DNA of 63,042 nucleotides, taken from positions 1 to 63,042 of the IMG/VR virus record IMGVR_UViG_3300038701_001110, one strand, 5' to 3'. The notes beneath the pieces are model-generated. The model did no database searches. It saw only the letters and a list, made by a program, of their open reading frames with translations, and was not told the DNA's origin. This stretch comes from a virus. Positions 51,802 to 60,168 of the stretch are shown here, piece by piece (position 1 is the stretch's first letter; the number at the start of each line of letters is the position of its first letter). The translations under genes and the position numbers were made by a program.

Positions 51802-52158
51802 CTATCGCATCGTTCCGCGGGTTTTTCCCCGCTGGCAGCACCCGTCGCCGCGCATTACGCCGCCCTTGGCTTTGCGGGCTGTCCGGGCGGAGCGCTCAAA
51901 CGCTGCATCTGTCGGAGCACCCTCGGACCCCGGGCTACGCATTTTCTCGCCAGACCCCGAAGCGATTCGGCGTCGCTTTGCATTGATGTTTGCGTACAAC
52001 CCCGGTCGCTTAGCCATGGATCCGCCCTCGCTCCTACGCTCGACACCTGTCAAAGTGCCTTTGTTCCTTGACGCGTAGAATACACGTTCTCCACGCTCAG
52101 GGCCATACTGCTCCTTCATGGAGCGCATGACCTTTCGACCTTTGGTTGTCAGAGGCAT
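51802..52158 (-). CDS. Basic hypothetical protein, 118 aa
   Basis: ORF in operon context with a weak RBS. Confidence 0.65.
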   Translation of the reverse strand: MPLTTKGRKVMRSMKEQYGPERGERVFYASRNKGTLTGVERRSEGGSMAKRPGLYANINAKRRRIASGSGEKMRSPGSEGAPTDAAFERSARTARKAKGGVMRGDGCCQRGKTRGTMR

Positions 52159-52162
52159 CGGA

Positions 52163-52414
52163 TCACCACTTTTTACAACTCCAATACCGGGCTGACAGCT
52201 TGCTGGGCTTGTCGGTGTCGCACTTGTGGCGGGCCCGGAAAGACTTCCGGCGATCCGGCTGGTCCTTCTTGATCGACATGTTCGGGTCCCCGAACCTGAT
52301 CAGGCGTACCTTTTCACCGTCCTTGGCGAGCACCGCGAACTTCTTGCTCTTTCCGGGAGTTCGCTTAGGCTTGTTGTAGCCGCTGAAGCGCTCGCCTCTG
52401 TAGGTGATGGCCAT
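52163..52414 (-). CDS. Basic hypothetical protein, 83 aa
   Basis: AAAGGA RBS. Confidence 0.7.
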   Translation of the reverse strand: MAITYRGERFSGYNKPKRTPGKSKKFAVLAKDGEKVRLIRFGDPNMSIKKDQPDRRKSFRARHKCDTDKPSKLSARYWSCKKW

Positions 52415-52416
52415 GA

Positions 52417-52680
52417 TCAGTCCTTTCGGTTGAACAGCGTCCGGATGTCCTCACGCATCTCGTTCATACCGGACTTTACGTCGTCAAACGAGCTTTCAAT
52501 GAACTGGCGGTCATCCCGCCTCCGCTCGTCCCGCATTGCGATCTCGCGCTGCAGCAGTTCGATCTGCTTTTGGTTGGTTAGGATCCGCCGGACAAGCCAC
52601 ACGGACCCAGAAACAATCGCCGCGGCTGCCGCTGCAATCATGCTACCCTGTGCCTCTTCCAGCCTCTCAGACCACGACAT
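52417..52680 (-). CDS. Single-pass membrane protein with coiled-coil tail, 87 aa
   Basis: GAGGGG RBS, TM segment MIAAAAAAIVSGSVWLV, then charged helices. Confidence 0.7.
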   Translation of the reverse strand: MSWSERLEEAQGSMIAAAAAAIVSGSVWLVRRILTNQKQIELLQREIAMRDERRRDDRQFIESSFDDVKSGMNEMREDIRTLFNRKD

Positions 52681-52690
52681 GCGTAACCCC

Positions 52691-52966
52691 TCAGCTGTAG
52701 AACACCGTCAGGGCCGAGATGTTCGTCACAGCGCTGATGTAGACGTCCGACTGGGCACGAATGCCGTAGTCCGGGATGTTCACCGAGTGCGAGTCGGAGG
52801 CGAGGAAGTCCAGATCGAGGAGGGTTTCTCCCCCATCGCCATCAGTTATGGTCAAACGACCAGCGCCTGCACTTGTGAGCACCTGAACTTGTCGGATGCG
52901 AGCCGGGCCGACAGCAAGAGAACCTGTTGCTGTCACGCGCTTTGTCCGAATGTCGGAACTCGACAT
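52691..52966 (-). CDS. Hypothetical protein, 91 aa
   Basis: AAGGAG RBS supplied by the upstream micro-ORF. Confidence 0.7.
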   Translation of the reverse strand: MSSSDIRTKRVTATGSLAVGPARIRQVQVLTSAGAGRLTITDGDGGETLLDLDFLASDSHSVNIPDYGIRAQSDVYISAVTNISALTVFYS

Positions 52967-52969
52967 GGC

Positions 52970-53071
52970 TCACTCCTTCTTCTTTGCAGGTTTCTTCGGA
53001 GCGGGCTTCTTGGGCGCGGGCTTGCGCGCTGCCAACTCTTCCTCAGAGGCGGGTTCCCACTTGATAGTCAT
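52970..53071 (-). CDS. 33-aa Lys/Pro-rich micro-protein (MTIKWEPASEEELAARKPAPKKPAPKKPAKKKE)
   Basis: GAGGTG RBS 4 nt before ATG 53071. Fills the gap between two genes. Below the track threshold. Confidence 0.4.
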   Translation of the reverse strand: MTIKWEPASEEELAARKPAPKKPAPKKPAKKKE

Positions 53072-53079
53072 GGGTCACC

Positions 53080-53316
53080 TCACGATGCTGCGATGGTGGC
53101 GCCAGTGTCCGAACGCTTCCAGTTGGTACCGTCCGAGAACGCGAGGATCGCGGAGCCAGCAGCGCCGTTAGAGACGTAGATCACAGTACCTGCGCCAGCG
53201 GTCGAAGCCGAGGGGGCGGTCGCAACAGTGTAAGTGGGAACTTTGATGGCGCCGGTGACGTCGCCAGTGAAGCCGTTGGTCGAAACAACCGGGCCAGTGA
53301 AGTGGGTGTTAGCCAT
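53080..53316 (-). CDS. Small head-module protein, 78 aa
   Basis: AAAGGA RBS. G/T/A/S-rich and beta-like. Overlaps the GIY-YIG stop by 8 nt. Confidence 0.7.
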   Translation of the reverse strand: MANTHFTGPVVSTNGFTGDVTGAIKVPTYTVATAPSASTAGAGTVIYVSNGAAGSAILAFSDGTNWKRSDTGATIAAS

Positions 53317-53905
53317 CTAGGAGATCCTTTTCGTCCTTGTACTTGAGCGCGATTTTACGAGCTGTGCTCGTGTCGACACCCACCCGTCGTCCGCGCTCAG
53401 CATACGACAGGTCGGGGTTAGAAACAATGAAGATAACCCTCTCTCTGTACTCAGGATCTCTTAGCGCAGCTTTGCGGTGTGCTGCCGAAAGCTTGGCTTT
53501 ATACTCGGGGGTGACGTGATCGCGCTTGCCAAGTTTAGATGCACTTATCTGCGCCCTGCTCTGCTCGGTGTGGCGTCTCCCGTGCATCGGTGTTCGTGCA
53601 GTAGATGAGATGTTGAAAAGTTTCGGACTCTCATCGAACTTTGCCTCTCCGCACAGGAAGGCTTCCTCGATTACGTCCAACTCCGTGGGGTCGTCACAAA
53701 GCACTTCGATCTCAGCGACAAAGGCGTCTTTGCCGGCCTTGTCGTAAGCGTTCTGCAAATGCCGGTTTGGGTGAGCCCCGTTCCCGAGAAGTCGAAAGTG
53801 CTCGGATATGCGTTTCTTTAGCCGACGACTTTGGCCGACGTAACAACACCCTGTGGAAACGTCCACAACTCGATAAACCCCCGCGTAGTCTTCAGCGTAT
53901 GGCAT
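53309..53905 (-). CDS. GIY-YIG homing endonuclease, 198 aa
   Basis: GVYRVV...CYVGQS...R..EH...N motif order, followed by repeated H..E...KIS-type DNA-binding modules. AGGAGG RBS. Sits between the capsid-gene terminator and the next late gene. Confidence 0.8.
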   Translation of the reverse strand: MPYAEDYAGVYRVVDVSTGCCYVGQSRRLKKRISEHFRLLGNGAHPNRHLQNAYDKAGKDAFVAEIEVLCDDPTELDVIEEAFLCGEAKFDESPKLFNISSTARTPMHGRRHTEQSRAQISASKLGKRDHVTPEYKAKLSAAHRKAALRDPEYRERVIFIVSNPDLSYAERGRRVGVDTSTARKIALKYKDEKDLLDG

Positions 53906-53957
53906 AAACCAGTCCTCCTGAACTAGCTATTACCACACTCTGAATGCCGCGTCGACA

Positions 53958-53986
53958 GTTAAAGAAGAGGCCCGCCGAAGCGGACC
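53958..53986 (-). terminator. Rho-independent terminator after the major capsid gene
   Basis: Minus-strand RNA GGUCCGC-UUCG-GCGGGCC, with one G:U pair, followed by UCUUCUUUAA. Confidence 0.65.
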
Positions 53987-54021
53987 TCCCAATACACAAG
54001 TGCTTGATTTCGTTGAAGAAA

Positions 54022-54927
54022 TCAGGCGCCCGGACTTGCATACATCGCCAGCGGGTCGGAAGCGCCGAAGCTGTAGCGTTCCCGTGCCTTGTAGCGCACG
54101 TTGCCAGTGTCAAAATCACCATCCATTGACGTCGACATTGCAGTCCGCACGAAGTGCTTCATGCCGTTCGGGATGTCGGTGGTCAGGAACCACGCGTCAG
54201 TGTCCGTCAGGTAGTGGTTCGTACGGAAGCCTTCCGGGATGGACCCGTTCGACTTCAGCGCGTTCAGATCGTTGTCGGCGGTGCCGACGCGCAGCTCGGT
54301 CTGCAGGAGGCGAGTTGCAACGAACATGAGCGACGGCGGCACGATCAGCTTGCGCGGGCGAGCCGCGATGAGCAGACCACGTTCGTCCACGAAGCCCGCG
54401 ATGTCGATCACGGCCTGCTCGAGAGAGGTCTCGTTCAGGTCAGCGTCAACAGACGGACGGTTCGAGTTGGTGGCGCCCTGCACAGTCGGGTGGGCGGTGT
54501 TGAACAGAGTCACACCGTCGCCCGTCTTGTAGGTGTCGAAGCCGGTGTTCAGCAGCGAAGCTGCCTTGACCTGCTTGGTGTACGCCATGGCCCGAGCCAG
54601 AGCCTTCGTATACCGAGCGGAGAGCGAGTCGTAGAGGTTGTCCTCCATCGCCTCCTCGGTGATCGAAAAGCCCATGGCAACCGTCTCATGCACATAGCGG
54701 GCGGTGAACGCCTCTTGTGCATTGTCGTACGAGATCGAGTCGCCTTCGTTCTTCACCGGAGCTGCGCCGAAGCCGGACAGCTTGGTTTCTTCCTCGAAGG
54801 AGCGTTCCGAAGACTCGGTTTCGTAGATCTCCGAGTGCTCGTTTTCGTACTTCTCGTACTCCATGCCGAACAGTGCATTGAGGCCGGGAAGCAGCTCCTT
54901 GAGAAGCTGTGCGCGTGTGATAGCCAT
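54022..54927 (-). CDS. Major capsid protein (HK97-fold type), 301 aa
   Basis: Size, position after the scaffold, a strong RBS, its own terminator, and capsid-like sequence character. No search run. Confidence 0.7.
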   Translation of the reverse strand: MAITRAQLLKELLPGLNALFGMEYEKYENEHSEIYETESSERSFEEETKLSGFGAAPVKNEGDSISYDNAQEAFTARYVHETVAMGFSITEEAMEDNLYDSLSARYTKALARAMAYTKQVKAASLLNTGFDTYKTGDGVTLFNTAHPTVQGATNSNRPSVDADLNETSLEQAVIDIAGFVDERGLLIAARPRKLIVPPSLMFVATRLLQTELRVGTADNDLNALKSNGSIPEGFRTNHYLTDTDAWFLTTDIPNGMKHFVRTAMSTSMDGDFDTGNVRYKARERYSFGASDPLAMYASPGA

Positions 54928-54940
54928 TCCTCAGTACTCC

Positions 54941-55561
54941 TTACAGGCCGACGGCATTGGTCAGGCTGTGGTAGCCCGGGTTGAACTTCACCAGCACGTC
55001 AGGGTAGTCGTCGCCGATGCTGCCAACAACGGACACGATCCGGAATGCTGCCGTGGTGGTCACGGTGGTCGCATCCAGAGCCGAGGTCGAGTTGCCGGTC
55101 GCAGTGCTGCCGGTGCTGGTGCTCTGCGCTGCTGCGAAGAACGTGTTGGCGCCGATGTCCGACTGGTCGATGGTGCCATCCAGCTGAGCTTGGAACAGCA
55201 CGTTCGGATCGTCGACGACATACGCCTTGATCGAGGTGCCGGTCGGTGCAGCGTACCCGGAGGGGTAATACTGCGAGAAGATCAGCTGGCCCTGAGCGTT
55301 GATGTACTCACAACCGACGAAGACGCCGATGGAGCCGGTCAGGGTGGTACCGGTGGGCAGTGCATTGGTGGTGCCATCAGCGCCGGTCGCGGTGCTGAGA
55401 GCGATGTAACCATCGGCGCCGATGTGAACGACTTGACCATTGAAGATGTTGGTCGCCTCGCCAGCGGGGTCGATGAGGTACTGGGACGTTGCCCCAGCAT
55501 ACGGCATGCCGTCCGCACGTTTTACCGGACGCAGGCCATAGGGAGTCGCAGTGGAAGCCAT
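54941..55561 (-). CDS. Head-module structural protein (possibly decoration or second capsid protein), 206 aa
   Basis: AGGAGAAG RBS. G/T/A-rich beta-type sequence immediately upstream of the capsid gene. Confidence 0.75.
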   Translation of the reverse strand: MASTATPYGLRPVKRADGMPYAGATSQYLIDPAGEATNIFNGQVVHIGADGYIALSTATGADGTTNALPTGTTLTGSIGVFVGCEYINAQGQLIFSQYYPSGYAAPTGTSIKAYVVDDPNVLFQAQLDGTIDQSDIGANTFFAAAQSTSTGSTATGNSTSALDATTVTTTAAFRIVSVVGSIGDDYPDVLVKFNPGYHSLTNAVGL

Positions 55562-55600
55562 ATAACTTCTCCTATACTACGATTGAGCTCACGGTAGAGG

Positions 55601-56047
55601 TTACCCCCTACCAAACGAATGGCGCGTAGACCGTTCAGGTTTGAGAACCGGCATACGAGGGTCGGAGTTCCTCATGTAGTTGTTGTCCACCGCGTCCATC
55701 TGCCGTTCTGCCGCTTCGTTCTGTTGAGCGATGCGGTCCTCGGCGATTTCTTCAGGGATGGCACACAAGAGGAGGCCGCCGACTTCGATATTGTCCTTGA
55801 AACGGGAACCGAGGTCGGGGAGGAGCTGCATTTCCGGGTGATCCGCGGCTTTCACCGGGACATACCCTTCACGGAAACGGGTCGAGACATTGGGGTTGTC
55901 GGAGTTGCCCAAAGTGGAGGTGCGAATCCAACGGAACTTGTAGCCGTCCTTGGGTTCGGGGGTGGGCAGAGCCGACGGACGCGTCCACGACCGCTTCCGC
56001 TGAGTTGCTTCGCGGGTGGTCTGGGTCCGGGGAGTCCGATCAGCCAT
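55601..56047 (-). CDS. Hypothetical head-module protein, 148 aa
   Basis: GAAGGAG RBS and an 8-nt overlap with the scaffold gene. Confidence 0.75.
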   Translation of the reverse strand: MADRTPRTQTTREATQRKRSWTRPSALPTPEPKDGYKFRWIRTSTLGNSDNPNVSTRFREGYVPVKAADHPEMQLLPDLGSRFKDNIEVGGLLLCAIPEEIAEDRIAQQNEAAERQMDAVDNNYMRNSDPRMPVLKPERSTRHSFGRG

Positions 56048-57017
56048 TTCCTTGCTCCTTCAAAATCTGCGCCGCGAGTTTCTCCGGCGGAATGTTGGCC
56101 TTCTTTGCGAACGCCAGCTGCGTAGCAGTCAGGCGAACACGTTGGCGTGGTTTCTTTGTACTTCTCGCTGCGGGCGCAACCACGTTGGACGCCTTTCTCT
56201 GCCGAGGCGTTGCCTCTTCCTCGACATCAGAAAACTCATCAGCGAAACGCCGCCGTACAGCAGCGTCAATGCCATTGTAATACTCTTGACTGTCCGGATC
56301 AACTCCGCTCTTGACAAGCCTTTCGTGTACCCCGAGCGCGTATCCGGTCATCTCGGAATTATCCCCATACCACGGGTTTGCCTCCATCCAGCGCTGTTGG
56401 CGCGGGGTAAGCCGGGGGCGTTCCGGTTGCGGCTGAGGCTGCTGCGGCTGGTATTGGGGCTGTTGTTGGCGCTGCGGCTGCGGAGCGGGGGGTCGATAAT
56501 TGGCGAGCTGCGTCAGCTGCGACTGCGCCTCCGCAAGCTTGGTCTGAGCATCGAGAAGACCATCCGCGTCCCCAGCCTCATACGCCGTCCGGTATGCCAC
56601 TCTCGCCCGCTCAAGCTCGGCGGTCGCACGACCCTTGGCCTGCTCGATAAGGGAACCTTGGTTCTGCGTGAGAGATTGCTGGAGTTTCTGGTTTTCATTG
56701 TAGAGGTTCTGAGCGTACCGCACGGCCTCGTCACGGAGGCGGGCAGCTTCTTCACGCTGTCGCTTCTCTTCGTGATACTCAAACCGCAGCTGCTTGATCC
56801 GCTTCTGGACCTTCTCGCTGTAGTTCTCGATCTCTTCATCGTCGGGGACATCGGCCTTTTGACCTTCCGGTCGTTTCGGCTTCCGGTCTTCCGGGACATC
56901 GTCGACGATCTCGATCTCGAAGTCGCTGTCGTCATCAACTTCGATCTCGGCACTTTCGTCCTCCTCGGCACCGGTGTCCTCGATGTCGTCGGTCTCCTGC
57001 ATCGCTTTCGTGTTCAT
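56040..57017 (-). CDS. Scaffolding-protein candidate, 325 aa (alternative GTG start 57023)
   Basis: A very acidic N-terminus, long coiled-coil-like Q/E/R/A stretches, a Gln/Pro-rich tract, and a position between the portal side and the capsid gene. Confidence 0.55.
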   Translation of the reverse strand: MNTKAMQETDDIEDTGAEEDESAEIEVDDDSDFEIEIVDDVPEDRKPKRPEGQKADVPDDEEIENYSEKVQKRIKQLRFEYHEEKRQREEAARLRDEAVRYAQNLYNENQKLQQSLTQNQGSLIEQAKGRATAELERARVAYRTAYEAGDADGLLDAQTKLAEAQSQLTQLANYRPPAPQPQRQQQPQYQPQQPQPQPERPRLTPRQQRWMEANPWYGDNSEMTGYALGVHERLVKSGVDPDSQEYYNGIDAAVRRRFADEFSDVEEEATPRQRKASNVVAPAARSTKKPRQRVRLTATQLAFAKKANIPPEKLAAQILKEQGNG

Positions 57018-57019
57018 CT

Positions 57020-57385
57020 TCACGCCCTCGTGTATTCGCGCGGATCGTCTACGACGGCTTCCACGGTGTCATCGTTGATGAGTCGGAACTCTTTCCCGGC
57101 GATCTTGAACCGGGTCCCGGAGTAGGACCGGAAGATCACAAAATCACCCTCCTTACAGTAAGGGCCGGTTGGGAACTTGCTCTCGTCGCTGTATGCGTCC
57201 GGGCCGGCTGCCACGACAAAGCCGATAATAGACGCGGTTGTCTCTGCGTCCTTCAGCGTGTCCGGCATGTAAACGCCGCCCTCAGTTTTCTCACCAACCT
57301 CAAGAGTGGCGATGAGCAGTTTGTAGCCCGACGGTGCGGGCAGTTTTGCTGAGACCTGATCGTCCAGCTTCGGTGCTTGATACAT
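57020..57385 (-). CDS. GroES/Cpn10-like co-chaperonin, 121 aa
   Basis: Aligns by eye to the GroES pattern: YKLLI...EKTEGGVYMP...GFVVAAGP...KEGDFVIF..YSG..FKI.GKEFRLI..D.V.AVV. Confidence 0.65.
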   Translation of the reverse strand: MYQAPKLDDQVSAKLPAPSGYKLLIATLEVGEKTEGGVYMPDTLKDAETTASIIGFVVAAGPDAYSDESKFPTGPYCKEGDFVIFRSYSGTRFKIAGKEFRLINDDTVEAVVDDPREYTRA

Positions 57386-57452
57386 GATTCCCTCATGTGC
57401 AGCGATCTAGGCTCGCCGGTGCCTGCGCCGGACCATCCGGCGTAACCGCAAA

Positions 57453-57635
57453 TCACTCTTCAGAGTAACGCTTGCGGATCTCTTTCGCCTCTTCCTTGAT
57501 GCGGCCGTACGCTTCGTACATGCCGGAAAGATGCTTGTAGTGCTCCCAGCTCATGGCAGAGCCTGAGGCCATGTAAAGGCGGTGGCCTTCCTCAACCTCC
57601 TCGATTTTGCGAATCAGGGCCTCCAGCGGGTCCAT
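57453..57635 (-). CDS. Hypothetical helical protein, 60 aa
   Basis: GAAGGAAG RBS. Overlaps the portal 3' end by 44 nt. Confidence 0.65.
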   Translation of the reverse strand: MDPLEALIRKIEEVEEGHRLYMASGSAMSWEHYKHLSGMYEAYGRIKEEAKEIRKRYSEE

Positions 57636-60141
57636 TTCGATCTTCCTTCTGCTGTGCGGACACGTCGCGAGAGATAGTCTCTGCGATCTTCAGTCCGATA
57701 TCTGCGCCTTTCTGGCGGTCCGAGCGCTCGCTCTTGTCGAGCTCCGTTGCGAGCCGGGCCCCGATCTGCGCACCGATGCGCTTGTTCTCGGCCTCAACCC
57801 GGTCTTCCTGCACCTGCAGGTTACCCATCACCTTCTGCGCCTCGAGGCGCAGCTTCTCGAGATCAAGCAGCGCATCGTGCTTGGCCTCTTGCTCTTTCAA
57901 CGCCAGCTCGCGCTCTTTCAGCTCGAGCTCTTTGCGCTGGATCATTGTCAGCGGGTCCTTGGCCTGCTGCTGTTGCTGCTGCTGGGCGGCTTCCGCCTGA
58001 TCCTTCTGGAGCAGCTTGCCTGCCGCCTCGGCAGCAAGGCGCGACACCTCGCGCTCGATGTCCTCCGGCAGAGCCTCGTCCGGGTCGGGCATCTCCACGC
58101 CGAGCATCTTCTGGATCTCCACGCGGTACTGCATGGCGACATGCTCGGTGATGTGCGCCGCGGCAGAGTTCATAATTGCCGATGCGAACGGGGACTGACC
58201 AACCAGCTGCTGGATCTTCGGGTCCTGCATCGCGGCCATGTGGACGCGGATGTGTGCCTCGTGGTCCTGATAGCCAAACACCTTCACAGGCTCTTGCTTC
58301 AGGATCGCCATGTTCTCGGTCACGGGGTCTGCCGGCTTGATGTCTTCCGGGAGCTTGATGATGTCGTCGGCGTCCTGAATGTTCAGAACCTCCAGCATCT
58401 GCCTGTGCAACTTGCCCATGTCATAGAGCTGCGGCGCCTGCTGCGCCAGCTGCAGGGCAGCCTGATACTGGACAACCCGTTGTGCCATAGTCGCTGCGTT
58501 GGGATCGGACACAGGCACGACATCTACCCGGGCGCTGAAATCGGAGAGGCGGTCGTACTCCCCCTCGCGGTCGTACGCGTACTCAGGTCCCATGAAGTCT
58601 TTAATCACAGCCGCAATCAGGCGTAGCTCCCGCTTCATCGCCGCGTGCAGGCGGGCCTGAACACCGGTCATGACCTTCATGGAGCGCTCGAGCAGGGCCA
58701 GCGTGGTGCCCACCGGCGCCTCTGGGTTCATGTTCCCAACCTGAACGTCAGCCACAGACCCGATCCGACGACCCTCGTCCACGACATTGCCGAGCAGCTG
58801 GTAGAGAACCCCGGACGGCTCCTTGTATGGCAACGGGAACAGCGCCTCGCGGATCGACCCGCCCGGCACGTCCACGTCTCGCCACTCCCCCGGCTGCAGG
58901 GGTGTGCTATCCCCGGTGATCCGAGCACCTTTGGCCTTCAAGCCCGCCGGTAGGTTCGACAGAGTGCCGGCATCAATCAGCTGACGCAGGATAGATGTGG
59001 CTGATTTGGCCAGACCGCCGACGAGGTGAATGAGCCCCAGACCGTAGAAGCCCATGCCCGGGAGGTACTTATAGTGCACGAAGTGCATACGCTTGATCTT
59101 CTTCGCGTCATCCTCGTACCAATTCCGTCGGATAGACAGCACAGTGGCTGACGACTTGTCGATAGTGACGACGTAGGGGCGCGGAATCCCATCCGGATCA
59201 TCCACCTGCTCAGGCAGGTTCATTGTGACGTGCATCTCGAGGATAGTGTGGCGGTCGTCATCGTCGATGACTGCGTCCTCACCCGACATGTCATCGTATT
59301 TCTTCTGAATGTCAGAAATGTCCGCGGCTGGAGCTGGCAGCTCCACGTCGAGATACATACCCTCCATCTGCAGCTTCATCACCTCGATGGGCGATTTCCG
59401 CATGACGTGGGTGTAGCGCTCGCAGGTCTGCAGGTCGGATGATCCGTACGGCGCAACGAAATCCTCGGCCGGGACGAATGTCGCCGCCGGTCGTTCCATG
59501 ATCGGGTCGTAGTAGATCTTCTTGAACGCGGAGCCCGCCAACGGCAGGTGGAACAGCATCTGCTCCAGCTCATCGCGATACTCGATCATCTCCTCGGTCA
59601 GCTGGTAGTTGAGCTCGTGCTCAACCCGCTTGGCCTGCTTCAGGATCTCGCCCTCGAGCTCCCCTAGGATCTTTGTCCGCGCCGGACCAGACGGTGGGAA
59701 CAGCTCTCCCATGGCCTGCGCTTGGAACCGCACAACCGCCTCGGTCAGCATCGGGTGGAACACGCCGGAGGCGCCCTGCCACGGGTCTGCACGCGGCTCG
59801 GTCTTCATCCCCAGCAAGTCGAGGCCGTTAACATAGGCGTGCGCCCAGTCTTTCCGCGCTTCGCGGTCCGACTCGAAATCGCTGATGAGCTCAAGCGCCA
59901 TGGACCGCAGATCGTCGTCCTCGATGTACTCAGCGAGGTTGTCGTCGTGGCCCTCAGGGCTCAGATCATCATCCTCTTCCGAGAAGTCGAAGATCATGCC
60001 CTCACCATCAGATTCGATAGCAACGGCTTCCGGGTCAACAATCGTGATCTCGACCTCCTCGGGGTCGTCCATTGCTCCGGCTAGGAGCTCTTCGTTGACC
60101 ACGTCGTCTTCCATCTGGTCCATGGATTTTTCGATAGCCAT
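57592..60141 (-). CDS. Portal protein, 849 aa
   Basis: Immediately downstream of the large terminase, with an AAGGAG RBS, appropriate size, an acidic N-terminus and a long C-terminal coiled-coil/charged tail. Confidence 0.7.
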   Translation of the reverse strand: MAIEKSMDQMEDDVVNEELLAGAMDDPEEVEITIVDPEAVAIESDGEGMIFDFSEEDDDLSPEGHDDNLAEYIEDDDLRSMALELISDFESDREARKDWAHAYVNGLDLLGMKTEPRADPWQGASGVFHPMLTEAVVRFQAQAMGELFPPSGPARTKILGELEGEILKQAKRVEHELNYQLTEEMIEYRDELEQMLFHLPLAGSAFKKIYYDPIMERPAATFVPAEDFVAPYGSSDLQTCERYTHVMRKSPIEVMKLQMEGMYLDVELPAPAADISDIQKKYDDMSGEDAVIDDDDRHTILEMHVTMNLPEQVDDPDGIPRPYVVTIDKSSATVLSIRRNWYEDDAKKIKRMHFVHYKYLPGMGFYGLGLIHLVGGLAKSATSILRQLIDAGTLSNLPAGLKAKGARITGDSTPLQPGEWRDVDVPGGSIREALFPLPYKEPSGVLYQLLGNVVDEGRRIGSVADVQVGNMNPEAPVGTTLALLERSMKVMTGVQARLHAAMKRELRLIAAVIKDFMGPEYAYDREGEYDRLSDFSARVDVVPVSDPNAATMAQRVVQYQAALQLAQQAPQLYDMGKLHRQMLEVLNIQDADDIIKLPEDIKPADPVTENMAILKQEPVKVFGYQDHEAHIRVHMAAMQDPKIQQLVGQSPFASAIMNSAAAHITEHVAMQYRVEIQKMLGVEMPDPDEALPEDIEREVSRLAAEAAGKLLQKDQAEAAQQQQQQQAKDPLTMIQRKELELKERELALKEQEAKHDALLDLEKLRLEAQKVMGNLQVQEDRVEAENKRIGAQIGARLATELDKSERSDRQKGADIGLKIAETISRDVSAQQKEDRNGPAGGPDSQNRGG

Positions 60142-60168
60142 CTGTGAGGCTCCTTAGCGTGCGTTTTG

